The notes: a model not told the origin generated them from the letters alone. A stretch of 64,000 bases of DNA from a bacterium (GCA_963674965.2 CAXXFL010000004.1:288001-352000), one strand, 5' to 3'. Counted from the stretch's first letter, positions 9,162 through 18,816 are shown. Program-made: numbers and translations.

Positions 9162-11352
9162 ATACGCGGGAACGCGGAAACGGTCCTCTTTCCGGGCGCG
9201 AGGGATCGGGGCCGGACGGGCGCTCGAGTTCTCGCTTCTGCTGACGGCGGCCTCGGGGCATTCGGCCCTGGCCCTGACGGGCGAGATCAATCCCTTCCAC
9301 GTGGCGGTCATGGCCTTATCCCTGGCGGCCGCTTTCCTTTTTCGCCGGCCGGCCGAGAGGGTCCCCCCCCTGGCCTGGAACGCCGCGCTCATAATCCTTT
9401 TGCTGGTCACGCTGGCCATGGCCCTGGCCCCGCCGAGGGACTTCGCCTCCGTGTTCCACGCCATCGCCTATTTCCTCGTTTACGTCACCATCATAAGGCT
9501 CTTTACCAGGCGGACCGGCCGCGACGACCTCGTGCTTTTACTCCTGGCTTTCCTCGAGGTATCCGCCGCCGGCGTGATGACCATTTCGCCCGCCTTCCTT
9601 TTCTCCGTTTTCGCGTTCATGGTCTCGGCCCTTTCCAGCCTGACCCTTTTCAGCCTGCGAGGGGAGAGCGAGAAGCTGGAGGAGAACCGTGAAGATTTCG
9701 AGCTCAGGCTCGGCCGCCGTCCTCCATCCGACACCGGGTCCAAAGCCTCGGCCCTGGAGCGGGAAAGACTCCCTTCCCTTTTCCCCGTCTTTCCCCTTGC
9801 CTCTTCCCTGGCCATTCTTCTGGCGGGGGCCTTGTTTTTCTTCGTCATTCCCCGGGTGGGCCGGAGTTTCTTCTCCTGGCGGACGGGCATACACTCGCGG
9901 GTGGCGGGCTTTTCCGACGTCGTGCAGCTCGGCTCGGTGGGGGCGATCAAGCGGGGCAACGCCATGATCATGCGGGTGAAAATCGAGGGCGGGGCCCCCA
10001 GTCCCCTTTACCTTCGAGGCATCGCGCACGACCATTACGAGGGGGGAAGATGGAGCGACAAGCTCGGTTATAAGCGCATCCACTACTACGGATACGGGGA
10101 GGCCGTAAGCGTCAGGGACATAAACGTCGATCGCGGCGTGATCAAGCAGGAGATTACCCTCGAGCCCATCGACCACGACTTCCTCTTCGCCGCGCCCATG
10201 GTCGAGTCGGTCTCGGCTCCTTTCCAATTCCGCGGAATAGTGGAGTACTGGAACGGTTATATCGGGTTTCCGCTGGCCACTCCCATTTACGACCGGATCG
10301 TCTACACGGCATGGTCCAGCCCTCCCCCCCAATCTATCGAGGCGTGCAGGGAGGCATGGGCGAGCGCGGACGACCTCGGGTGGCTGGAGAGCCACTATCT
10401 CCAGGTTCCCTCCGGCGCGGACGACATACGCGAGTTGGCCGAGGACGTGGTGAGCGGAGAGTCGGACCCCTGCCAAAAAGCCTGGAAGATAAGGTCCTTC
10501 TTGTCGAGCGAATACTATTACGATCTCGATACGCCCTCCGACCGCGCCCCGGACCCGGTAAAGGATTTTCTCTTCGAGTCCAAAAGAGGATACTGCGAGC
10601 ACTTCGCCACCTCCATGGCCCTCATGCTCAGGTCGGTGGGAGTTCCCTGCCGCCTCGCCGCGGGTTTCCTGGCCGGCGACGACTACAACACCATAGACAA
10701 GTACTATACGGTCCGGGAAAAGGACGCCCATACCTGGGTGGAAATGTACGCCCCCGGTGGAGACTGGTTCATCATGGACCCTACCCCCGCCGGACCTCCC
10801 GCCAAAAGCCTGCACCCCGCTCTCCGCCGGCTCCAGGAAACCCTCGAGGCCTTTAAATACAGGTGGGACAGGTGGGTGGTCGATCTGAGCCTGCGAGACC
10901 AGTACCAACTGGCCCTGGCCGTCAGGCAAAGAGGCAACATGGCGGGAAGAAGGGCGCTCCAGGCCCCCTCCGAGATAGCGTCACTCGTTAAATCGGCCCT
11001 GTCCAGTCCCGCGGCGTGGGCCGCCGTTTTTCTGGCTCTGGGCGCCTACCTGGTCTGGGTCAAAAGACTGGGACCCGCGCTGGGCAAGGGAAAACTCGAA
11101 GTAGGCTCGAATGGGAGGCTGGCGGGCGAATACGCCAAGCTCGCGCGCCGGGCCGAAAAAGAAGCGGGCCCGCGCAAGTCGAGCGAGACGGCCCTCGAGT
11201 TATCGAGGAATCTTTCGCGCCGTTCCTTTTCCTTCGCCGACTCTTTCCACCGGGCCACGGTCCTTTACCTTAAGGCAAGGTACGGTGGCCAACCGAACGA
11301 GGATGAGGCCCTGGAGTCGATAAAGGAAGCCTCGCGCCGGATGGGCGGGTAG
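9145..11352 (+). CDS. DUF3488/transglutaminase-like (TgpA family) membrane protein; start uncertain (first canonical start GTG 9301)
   Basis: N-terminal TM helices, GYCEHFATSMALMLRSVGVPCR, HTWVE and DPTP catalytic triad motifs. The frame is open from 9097. Confidence 0.85.
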   Translation: MSRIFEYAGTRKRSSFRARGIGAGRALEFSLLLTAASGHSALALTGEINPFHVAVMALSLAAAFLFRRPAERVPPLAWNAALIILLLVTLAMALAPPRDFASVFHAIAYFLVYVTIIRLFTRRTGRDDLVLLLLAFLEVSAAGVMTISPAFLFSVFAFMVSALSSLTLFSLRGESEKLEENREDFELRLGRRPPSDTGSKASALERERLPSLFPVFPLASSLAILLAGALFFFVIPRVGRSFFSWRTGIHSRVAGFSDVVQLGSVGAIKRGNAMIMRVKIEGGAPSPLYLRGIAHDHYEGGRWSDKLGYKRIHYYGYGEAVSVRDINVDRGVIKQEITLEPIDHDFLFAAPMVESVSAPFQFRGIVEYWNGYIGFPLATPIYDRIVYTAWSSPPPQSIEACREAWASADDLGWLESHYLQVPSGADDIRELAEDVVSGESDPCQKAWKIRSFLSSEYYYDLDTPSDRAPDPVKDFLFESKRGYCEHFATSMALMLRSVGVPCRLAAGFLAGDDYNTIDKYYTVREKDAHTWVEMYAPGGDWFIMDPTPAGPPAKSLHPALRRLQETLEAFKYRWDRWVVDLSLRDQYQLALAVRQRGNMAGRRALQAPSEIASLVKSALSSPAAWAAVFLALGAYLVWVKRLGPALGKGKLEVGSNGRLAGEYAKLARRAEKEAGPRKSSETALELSRNLSRRSFSFADSFHRATVLYLKARYGGQPNEDEALESIKEASRRMGG

Positions 11353-11401
11353 CATATCGCCAATTTTGGCTCTCTTTGGTTGACTTCGCTTTTCGCTTCA
11401 A

Positions 11402-11431
11402 TTGACAGTCCGGCTTTTTGATTGATAAACT
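11402..11431 (+). promoter_or_regulatory. Putative sigma70 promoter for receiver-lptE-holA
   Basis: TTGACA-18 nt-TAAACT with an extended -10 TG. Confidence 0.55.
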
Positions 11432-11442
11432 AATGAGATAGC

Positions 11443-11805
11443 ATGGCGACGATACTGATAGTTGACGATAACCGGATGATACTTCAGGCCCTTTCCGACC
11501 AGTTGGAAAAGGAGGGCTTTGACACGGAGGTGGCTATTAACGGGGAGGAGGCCCTCGAGTTCCTCCAGTACGAGCGCCCCGACCTTATCATCATGGACAT
11601 CGTGATGCCGGGCATGACCGGAGTCGAGGCCACCGAGAAGATTCGGGCCAACCCGGAATTGAACGCCATCCCCGTCGTCGCCTTCACCTCGCAGTCGAAC
11701 CGGGGACAATGGGGCGAGTTGTTCGACGATTACCTCATCAAGCCCTTCGGGTTCGACGAGCTGATGAGCATCATCAGAAGGTTCGTTGGCGACGACTCGA
11801 GATGA
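11443..11805 (+). CDS. Single-domain response regulator (CheY-like receiver)
   Basis: ILIVDD, IMDIVMP, conserved Thr, YLIKPF. Confidence 0.92.
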   Translation: MATILIVDDNRMILQALSDQLEKEGFDTEVAINGEEALEFLQYERPDLIIMDIVMPGMTGVEATEKIRANPELNAIPVVAFTSQSNRGQWGELFDDYLIKPFGFDELMSIIRRFVGDDSR

Positions 11806-11839
11806 GTCCCGTCTCCTCGATCGGCGGGGAAGGTCCCAC

Positions 11840-12358
11840 ATGAAGAAACTTGTCTTGTCATTGGCCGCCTTGGCGCTTGTCTTTTCCTCCGGATGCGGCT
11901 ACAAGCTGGTGAGGGAAAGCGACGCCGCCCTGCCCTCGGGCGTTAAGAGCGTGAGCGTGAAGCTCGTAAAAAACCAGACCATCGAGGCGGGGCTGGAGGA
12001 CGTCTTTACCCAAGAGTTGATCCGCAGGCTCGAGAGCGACGGCAGGATCGACGTCCGCCGTGACGGCTCGGCCGAGGCCGGTCTCGAGTGCGTGATCACC
12101 GATCTTAACGTCCGTCCCAAGACCTACTCGGCCCAGGGCCGTATCTCGGTGGAGGAGGCGGAGATGAAGACCAGGTGCAAGCTGGTCATCCCCGACTCCG
12201 AGAGCGTGATCTGGAAGACGGGTACCATCGTTTCCCGCGAGGAATACCCGGTGGGTAACGACTACATCCTCAATGAGGAGGCCAAGGAGAGGGCCATCCT
12301 GGAGGCCTGCGTCGATACCTCGGAATCGATCAGGAGCCGGCTCCTGGACTCCTTTTAA
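11840..12358 (+). CDS. lptE: LPS assembly lipoprotein LptE family
   Basis: Lipobox SSGCGY, position directly upstream of holA, typical size. Confidence 0.8.
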   Translation: MKKLVLSLAALALVFSSGCGYKLVRESDAALPSGVKSVSVKLVKNQTIEAGLEDVFTQELIRRLESDGRIDVRRDGSAEAGLECVITDLNVRPKTYSAQGRISVEEAEMKTRCKLVIPDSESVIWKTGTIVSREEYPVGNDYILNEEAKERAILEACVDTSESIRSRLLDSF

Positions 12359-12391
12359 TCCGGCGATCGTCCGCGCCAAAATTGAATCAAG

Positions 12392-13426
12392 ATGAAGTCA
12401 AACGACGCGTCCGATTTTTTTTCTTCTCTCAAGAAGTCCGATCCTCTTCCGGTCTACCTGTTCCACGGGGAGGACTCCCGCCTTATCGGCAAGGCCCTCG
12501 AGGCGGTCGTCAAGAAGGTGGACCTGGGCGACTTGTCGGATTTCAACTCGGACTTTTTCCACGGTAAGGAAAGCGACCCTGGCTCGGTCATCGCCGCGGC
12601 CCGCACTCTTCCCATGATGGCCGACAGGCGCCTGGTGGTGGTCAAGCGGGTGGACGAGTGGAAGGGCAAGGCCCGCGAGGCGCTTCTCGATTACTTGCTC
12701 GACCCCTCCCCCACCACGGTCCTGGCCATGAGCGCCGAGGGGCTATCCCTGCGGGGGGCCTCAGCCAAAAAGGAGGACAAGGACCTCGAGAAGGCCGTGA
12801 ACAAAACGGGCCAGGCCGTCAGGTTCGCCCGACCCAGCAGGGCCCGGCTTCCCGCGGTAATCCGGGAGATGTTCGCCGAGAGGGGCAAGAGGATCGGGGG
12901 TGAGGCGGTGGACCTGCTGATCGACCTGGCCGGCGACGAGACCCGGGGCCTCGAGCACCAGGTGGACAAGGTCGCTATTTTCGTGGGCGAGAAAGACGCG
13001 GTCAGCCGCCAAGACGTGCTCGAGGCCGTGGCCGACGTCAAGGAGGCGAACGTCTTCGAGTTCACCGACGCCATTGGGGCCCACGACCTGGAGGGGGCCC
13101 TCCGGTCCTACCGCCGGATGCGGGACCAGGGACAGGAGCCGCTCATGATCCTGGCCATGCTCGCCCGGCACTTCAGAAACCTCTGGCGCATAGGCGAGTT
13201 GGCCGAGGAGGGGGAATCCCCCGTGGCCATCGCCAAGAGGCTGAAGATGAACGAGTGGGTGGTGAAGAAGTCCTATATGCCCCAGCTTCCCAATTTTCCT
13301 CTAACCGGGACGGGCGGCGTCATGAAGGCGCTGGCCGACCTCGATATTCAGCTTAAAAGCACGAGGACCGACAGGGAAGTGGTATTTGAAAGGACCGTTA
13401 TCCGACTTTGCTCGGGTAAGCTATGA
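12392..13426 (+). CDS. holA: DNA polymerase III subunit delta
   Basis: PVYLFHGED, TLPMMADRRLVVVK, NVFEFTDAIG; lptE-holA-rpsT synteny. Confidence 0.92.
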   Translation: MKSNDASDFFSSLKKSDPLPVYLFHGEDSRLIGKALEAVVKKVDLGDLSDFNSDFFHGKESDPGSVIAAARTLPMMADRRLVVVKRVDEWKGKAREALLDYLLDPSPTTVLAMSAEGLSLRGASAKKEDKDLEKAVNKTGQAVRFARPSRARLPAVIREMFAERGKRIGGEAVDLLIDLAGDETRGLEHQVDKVAIFVGEKDAVSRQDVLEAVADVKEANVFEFTDAIGAHDLEGALRSYRRMRDQGQEPLMILAMLARHFRNLWRIGELAEEGESPVAIAKRLKMNEWVVKKSYMPQLPNFPLTGTGGVMKALADLDIQLKSTRTDREVVFERTVIRLCSGKL

Positions 13427-13690
13427 GGCCTTTACCGCCGCGACCGCCCTCGAGAGCCTGGATTTATAGCGCGCCGCCGTGTTGCGGTGAAGCACGTTCT
13501 TGCTCACGGCGTTGTCGATCGAGCGGATGGCCTTGTCCAGGGCCGCTCCGGCCGCCTCGGCGTCGCCTTTCCCGACGGCTTCCCGCACTTCCCGCACGCG
13601 GTTCCTGTAGTGGGTCCGAACGCTTTTATTCCTGAGGCTTCGCTTTTCGTTCTGCCTGATTCTCTTTAACGCGTCTTTATGATGAGCCAA
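13421..13690 (-). CDS. rpsT: 30S ribosomal protein S20
   Basis: MAHHKDALKRIRQNEKR...LHRNTAARYKSRL; GGAGG SD before the TTG start. Confidence 0.97.
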   Translation of the reverse strand: MAHHKDALKRIRQNEKRSLRNKSVRTHYRNRVREVREAVGKGDAEAAGAALDKAIRSIDNAVSKNVLHRNTAARYKSRLSRAVAAVKAS

Positions 13691-13804
13691 TTTATATCCT
13701 CCAAAAAGTTCATGAACACGGAAATAATTATTTTATAGCTTATTCCGGACAAGTCAAGCCCAAAGGGCGCTCGATAGCCTGGGAAAACTTTTTCGGCCCG
13801 GCCT

Positions 13805-14575
13805 TTATTTAAACTGCCCTATAAGCGACTCGACGATGGGCTCGAGGAAGTCGATCTCCTTTTGGGGTATCTCCAGGAGGGACTGCCCCGTCATGTCGGC
13901 CTGCCTGATGGACTCGGAAAAGGGGATGTGGCCGAGGAACTGGTAATCCTTCAGGTTTTCCTTCAAAAATTTCAACTCGTCCTCGCTCTGGACCTTCGAG
14001 GCCACCACCCCCAGCTTCTTGATCCCAAGGTCTGCCGCCAGCCTCTTTATCGAGGCGGCCGTGTCAAGGGAGCGGCGGCCCGGCTCGACGACCACGATCA
14101 TCATGTCCGTGCCCATGGCCGTGCCCCGGCCCAAGTGCTCGAGGCCCGCCTCCATGTCCAGGATCACGGCGTCCTTATTATTTAGAAACAAATGACTTAA
14201 CAGCGCCTTAAGCATGCTGGACTCGGGGCAGATACAACCGTGGCCGCCGCCCTTTACCGTGCCCAGCACCATGAGCTTTATCTTCTCGTGCTCCTTGGCC
14301 AGCTTGTCGGGAAGGTCATTGACCGCGGGGTTCATGTTAAAGAACCCGCCGATGGTACCGGGCTTGGCCCCGGTCCGCTCGAAAATAAGGTCCTTCATGT
14401 TGGCGATGGGCACGATGGACTCGGGCTCGGGCATGCCCAAGGCCCCGGCCAGGTTGGCGTCGGGGTCGGCGTCGACCATGAGCACCGAATAGCCTTTATC
14501 CCTCAGCCTTCTGGCCAAAAGCGTGGATAATGTGGTTTTTCCGACTCCGCCTTTTCCGGTCACGGCTAACTTCAT
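13805..14575 (-). CDS. cooC: CooC/AcsF-type nickel-insertion ATPase (CODH/ACS maturation)
   Basis: GKGGVGKT, DADPDANL, GCICP Ni-binding CxC, DMEAGLEHLGRGT. Confidence 0.9.
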   Translation of the reverse strand: MKLAVTGKGGVGKTTLSTLLARRLRDKGYSVLMVDADPDANLAGALGMPEPESIVPIANMKDLIFERTGAKPGTIGGFFNMNPAVNDLPDKLAKEHEKIKLMVLGTVKGGGHGCICPESSMLKALLSHLFLNNKDAVILDMEAGLEHLGRGTAMGTDMMIVVVEPGRRSLDTAASIKRLAADLGIKKLGVVASKVQSEDELKFLKENLKDYQFLGHIPFSESIRQADMTGQSLLEIPQKEIDFLEPIVESLIGQFK

Positions 14576-14669
14576 TTTACGAACCTCCCCTCTTTAAAAC
14601 CGCCATACGGGTAACTTACGACTCTTATATTAATGTAATCACTATTGGAGAAATGAAAAGGGCCGAGAA

Positions 14670-16424
14670 TCATCCGCCCAGGCACAGCTTGTCCCAGTTC
14701 TTTACGTCCTTGGCGATCATCACGTCGAACCAGGTCTCGAGGCAAATCTGCATGTACTCGCGGCGGTCGAACTCGCCCCTGTCCCCCGCGGCCTCCCAGG
14801 CGGCGTTTAAAAAATTGGTCTCGTACCTTTCCTTGAAGCGGTTGATACGGACCTCGGACCACCTTTTCAGGCCCTTCTTGATCCAATGGCCCAGGGGCAC
14901 GACCAGCCCCATCTTGTCCGCCCTTTGCAGGACCGCCTCCGGGACTATGCCCTTCATGGCCCTTCTCAGGATGACCTTGCTGGTCAGGCCGTCCACCTTG
15001 AGGGCCGGCGGCAGCTTGAAGGCGAACTCCACCACCCGGTAATCAAGGAAGGGGTTCCGGTTCTCGATGCCAAAGGCGGCGGTGGCCCGGTCGTCCATGG
15101 CCAGCACCGAAGGCAGGGCCAGGTGGAGGTCCGCGTAACCCATCTTGTCGATAAGGTGCTCGTGACGCGAGAAAAGCTCCCACACCTTTGCCCTCACTTT
15201 GGGATCGACCCCGGGCCCCCTGCTCATGAGCGAGTAATAACGGTCCGGCGGGTCGCAGAACATCTGGGGGTTCCAGAAATGGCGCGCCAGGGGAAGGTAG
15301 AGGTTGAAAACCTCCTCCCTGCCCAGCCGGTCCTCGGCCAGCATCATCAAATACCGGACGTGACCCCCGAAAAGCTCGTCGGCCCCCTGCCCGATAAGCA
15401 CGGCCTTGGCCCGCTTCGAGGCCTTGCGCGCCGCCATGAAGGCCGCCAGGCTCGAGGCGCTGGCCACGGGCTGGTCCAGGTGATAGATGATCCCGGGCAG
15501 AAGGCCCTTAAGGTCCGCCGGCTTGGGCCGGATGACGTGAAGCCTCGAGCCCGCCTTCTCCGCCACCATGCGGGCCAGCACAAGCTCGTCGTAGGCCTCG
15601 CCCGCGTCGCTGAAGCTGACCGCGTAGGCGTCCTCCGTCTTCGCCAGGCAGGCCAGGCAACTCGAGTCCAGGCCGCCCGAGAGCATGACCGCCACCGGCA
15701 CGTCGCCCTTCATGCGCAGCTTGACCGAGTCCTCCAGGAGCCAGCGCAGCTCGTCCACGTATTCCCGGTTCTTCTTGTAAGGGCCCGTATGGGTCGGGAC
15801 CTCCCACCACTTCACCAGCTCGAGATCCTTGCCGTCGAAGCTGAGACGGTGGCCGGGCTGAAGCTCCCTCACGTTCGCGAAAAGGGTGTCCCCGAAGAGG
15901 GGAGCCTCGAAGTCCCGGAACTCGTCCGTGAAACGAGGCGTGGCAGTGATTTCGGTCAGGATGCTCTTGATCTCGGAGGCGAAAAGCAGCCGGCCGCCCC
16001 GCTGGTAATAGTACAGCGGCTTTTCGCCCATGCGGTCGCGGGCCAGGTGTATCTTTTCGCCGTCCCATATGGCCAGGGCGAACTGGCCGTTGAAGCGGTC
16101 CAGGCAGGCGGGGCCCCACTGCTCCCAGGCGTGGACCACCACCTCGGTGTCGGTCCTGGTCTTGAACTCGTGGCCCAGGTACTTGAGTTCCAGCTTCAGC
16201 TCGGAGTAGTTGAATATGTCGCCGTCAAGGGCCACCCACGTCTTCTGGGTTTCCTCGCTAAGGGGCTGGTACCCGCCCTTCACGTCGATGATGGCCAGCC
16301 TCTTCACGCCCAGGCTGAAGGGGCCCTCCATGTAATAACCGGTGTCGTCCGGCCCCCGGTGCCTGAGCACCCGCGCCATCTCCTCGACGTCGCCCTTGCC
16401 GTATATGCCGCAAATTCCACTCAT
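14670..16424 (-). CDS. Asparagine synthetase B-like amidotransferase with degenerate glutaminase site
   Basis: MSGICGI, HRGPD, RLAIID, RDRMGEKPLYY, LSGGLDSS, GQGADELFGG, RNPFLD. Confidence 0.88.
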   Translation of the reverse strand: MSGICGIYGKGDVEEMARVLRHRGPDDTGYYMEGPFSLGVKRLAIIDVKGGYQPLSEETQKTWVALDGDIFNYSELKLELKYLGHEFKTRTDTEVVVHAWEQWGPACLDRFNGQFALAIWDGEKIHLARDRMGEKPLYYYQRGGRLLFASEIKSILTEITATPRFTDEFRDFEAPLFGDTLFANVRELQPGHRLSFDGKDLELVKWWEVPTHTGPYKKNREYVDELRWLLEDSVKLRMKGDVPVAVMLSGGLDSSCLACLAKTEDAYAVSFSDAGEAYDELVLARMVAEKAGSRLHVIRPKPADLKGLLPGIIYHLDQPVASASSLAAFMAARKASKRAKAVLIGQGADELFGGHVRYLMMLAEDRLGREEVFNLYLPLARHFWNPQMFCDPPDRYYSLMSRGPGVDPKVRAKVWELFSRHEHLIDKMGYADLHLALPSVLAMDDRATAAFGIENRNPFLDYRVVEFAFKLPPALKVDGLTSKVILRRAMKGIVPEAVLQRADKMGLVVPLGHWIKKGLKRWSEVRINRFKERYETNFLNAAWEAAGDRGEFDRREYMQICLETWFDVMIAKDVKNWDKLCLGG

Positions 16425-16719
16425 GACCGCAAGTTGAAAGTAACACAATTATCGGAACATTTCACAATGGAGCGGCACGGGGAAAGAGGAGGACAGGGAT
16501 TGGGGCTGATTGATCAGGTTTGTAACGGGTTGGCCATGACCCCTACCAGGGTTTGATTTTATCAGGCATGGAAAGGCAGCGCATAATACGGCTTAGCCAC
16601 GGGCTGAGTACTGCTATTTCATGAATTATGCGCGGATTGTTCGTAAGCGTCCGGCCAACCACATCTTGTAAATTTCCCTGGGCAATCCATAATGATGCTC
16701 ATCGAATCGATAGGGAGGG

Positions 16720-17109
16720 GTGAGTATGCCGAGGGGCGTTGGAGTTGGCGGTGAACGGGCCAGGTTTTGGCGGGGGAAGTTGCGGGAGCATAGTTGGAGC
16801 GGTTTTTCGGTGCGCTCGTTTTGCAGGCGGGAGGGATTTTCGCCCGGCAGTTTTTATCGGTGGCGGCGGATTCTTGCGGAGCGAGACGGCGCTGTCGAAT
16901 CTCGGAGTGGTTTGCCCGCGCCCGACCCGTCGGAGGTTTTCGTTCCGGTTTCCGTTGCCGATGCTCGTGACAAGCCCGCCGGCTCTTCCCTGTTTGCGTG
17001 TAACGCGCAGGCGGGCATCGAGTTGGTCTTTCGTTCCGGGCTTTTGCTTCGGGTCGGTCCCGGTTTCGATTCGGAAACCCTGGTCCGGCTGGTCGATCTT
17101 CTCGATTAA
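16720..17109 (+). CDS. tnpA: IS66 accessory protein TnpA-like
   Basis: FWR...SGFSVRSFCRREGFSPGSFYRWRRIL...FVPV...IEL; directly upstream of tnpB. Confidence 0.82.
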   Translation: MSMPRGVGVGGERARFWRGKLREHSWSGFSVRSFCRREGFSPGSFYRWRRILAERDGAVESRSGLPAPDPSEVFVPVSVADARDKPAGSSLFACNAQAGIELVFRSGLLLRVGPGFDSETLVRLVDLLD

Positions 17110-17466
17110 ATGATGCTGAGTCTTCCCCCTTCGGTCCGTATTTTTCTGTGCCTTGCGCCCGCCGACATGCGCCGTTCCTTTGACGGTCTTTTCATGATGG
17201 CCGAGTAAATCGTCCGCCAGGATCCGTTTTCCGGCCACCTTTTCGTATTCGTGAACAAGCGCAAGGACCGGCTGAAAGTGCTATACTGGGACCGCGACGG
17301 TTTCGCCATCTGGTACAAGCGGCTCGAGGAAGGCACGTTCAGTTTTAAAGACGGCGGCTCGGGCGGGGTTGAGATAGACGCCTCCCAGCTTTCCCTCATC
17401 CTCGGCGGCATCGACCTTGGCCGCGCCCAAAACCGCCGGCGATACTCCCGCCGCGCCGAACCATGA
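17110..17466 (+). pseudogene. tnpB: IS66 TnpB accessory protein with in-frame TAA at 17206-17208
   Basis: MMLSLPPSVRIFLCLAPADMRRSFDGL...E*IVRQDPFSGHLFVFVNKRKDRLKVLYWDRDGFAIWYKRLEEGTF. Confidence 0.88.
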
Positions 17467-17541
17467 ACAAGAAGAATCGCAAGCGCTACAATAAAAAGCT
17501 TCGAAAGAAGCGGGAAAAAGAATCTTTAATCACGTTTATAT

Positions 17542-18135
17542 TTATTCAGTCTTGGCTTTTTGCCGCCCTTTTAATTTATCTATATCTTCTCTGATATACT
17601 CTTTTATTGTTTTTTCATTAATAATAATTTGAGTTATTCTTCCGATATCAGCCGCCGATGCTTTCAAATCCATCATATAAAATCTTGCGGGCTTGACAAT
17701 CCCATCATCGGTTTCAATTAATGCTTTAATACAAATAGGCCCTTTATCGGGACTGACCTCGAAGCCGGCGTCAATATATATAGAGATTTTACTTCCTTTG
17801 GTATCACTAAAAATTGGCCCGTTCTTTGATCGTAAATATTTAAGCAAATATGAATATTCTTCCGCAAAAGGCCAACGTTCACATTGCACTTCACCAGTTA
17901 AACAATAAAAGTCATGAGCGAAAAACTCAGAGCCTTCAATATAAGGAAACAAATGTGCAAACAAGTCTATTGATGGGTCACTTTGCTGATTGATTAGATT
18001 CTGAAATTCATAGATTGAATCTATCATTTCATCCTTGGTGTAGAATTCACTTCGCGCCGTTCCTCCAACCGATGGAAGGAATGATAAAAGTATGCATGAT
18101 AATAAAATACGCAAAGCTATTGCTTGTTTTCTCAA
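17542..18135 (-). CDS. Secreted hypothetical protein, tandem paralogue A (AT-rich)
   Basis: TTG start LRKQ after a GGGGG SD; shared N-terminus SCILLSFLPSVGGTARSEFYTKDE. Confidence 0.75.
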   Translation of the reverse strand: MRKQAIALRILLSCILLSFLPSVGGTARSEFYTKDEMIDSIYEFQNLINQQSDPSIDLFAHLFPYIEGSEFFAHDFYCLTGEVQCERWPFAEEYSYLLKYLRSKNGPIFSDTKGSKISIYIDAGFEVSPDKGPICIKALIETDDGIVKPARFYMMDLKASAADIGRITQIIINEKTIKEYIREDIDKLKGRQKAKTE

Positions 18136-18219
18136 ACTATTACCCCCATGCAAGAAACTTACCGACTCCCTATCCCGAGGGAACCTCGCGTTGATTAATA
18201 ACCTGGCGCGTGAAGGCCA

Positions 18220-18816
18220 TCAATTGTCTTTCTTATCTTTTGCTTCTTGAACCATCTTACGCATATCTTCATCGAGTAGGGTATAAATTGATTTGCCATC
18301 GATCCAAAATTCCATAATTCTCCCAAAATCAAAAGAACTTCCTTTTGATACCATCATATATAATTTTGCGGACATTATTTTGCCATCGTCAGTTTTAATG
18401 AGAGCATTGACATATAAAGGTTTAACCTTGGTTAAAGCTTTAAAATCCGCGTCAATAAAAAATTCTATGCTTTTACCTGAAGACCCTCGATAAATAGGAC
18501 CGTTTGGCGATCGCAAGTATCTGAACAAACAAGATTTCTCCGCGGCATATGGGTAATGGGGGCAAAGGCTATTATCAATAAAGCATTCCGGTTCATAACA
18601 ATCGGTTTCTGGTCCTTCCAAACGACATAACAAGCCTATATAATCATCCATATCTGGGTCTTCATCCTGATTGATTAGATTCTGGAATTCATAGATTGTA
18701 TCTATCATTTCATCCTTGGTGTAAAATTCACTTCGCGCCGTTCCTCCAACCGATGGAAGGAATGATAAAAGTATGCATGATAAACAGACGCGTAAAGCCA
18801 TGCCTTGTTTTCTCAA
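18220..18816 (-). CDS. Secreted hypothetical protein, tandem paralogue B (AT-rich)
   Basis: TTG start after GGAGG; same N-terminus; close paralogue of C. Confidence 0.78.
   Translation of the reverse strand: MRKQGMALRVCLSCILLSFLPSVGGTARSEFYTKDEMIDTIYEFQNLINQDEDPDMDDYIGLLCRLEGPETDCYEPECFIDNSLCPHYPYAAEKSCLFRYLRSPNGPIYRGSSGKSIEFFIDADFKALTKVKPLYVNALIKTDDGKIMSAKLYMMVSKGSSFDFGRIMEFWIDGKSIYTLLDEDMRKMVQEAKDKKDN

Larger units (their letters stand above)
16643..17466 (+). mobile_element. Truncated IS66-family element (left IR, tnpA, tnpB pseudogene; no tnpC or right IR)
   Basis: GTAAGCGTCCGG terminus at 16643, followed by TnpA-like and TnpB-like ORFs. Confidence 0.85.

Noticed and set aside
14670-16424. 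Lasso peptide cyclase cluster
   Set aside because: No precursor peptide, B protein or RRE nearby; the protein is otherwise full-length AsnB-like.
16577-16635. dif-like site (GCGCATAAT ... ATTATGCGC inverted repeat)
   Set aside because: It resembles only the XerC arm; there is no TTATGTTAAAT XerD arm at 6-bp spacing. It may be an operator or hairpin, but support is insufficient.
17206-17208. Programmed readthrough in tnpB
   Set aside because: The stop is TAA in an element already missing tnpC; simple decay is more likely.
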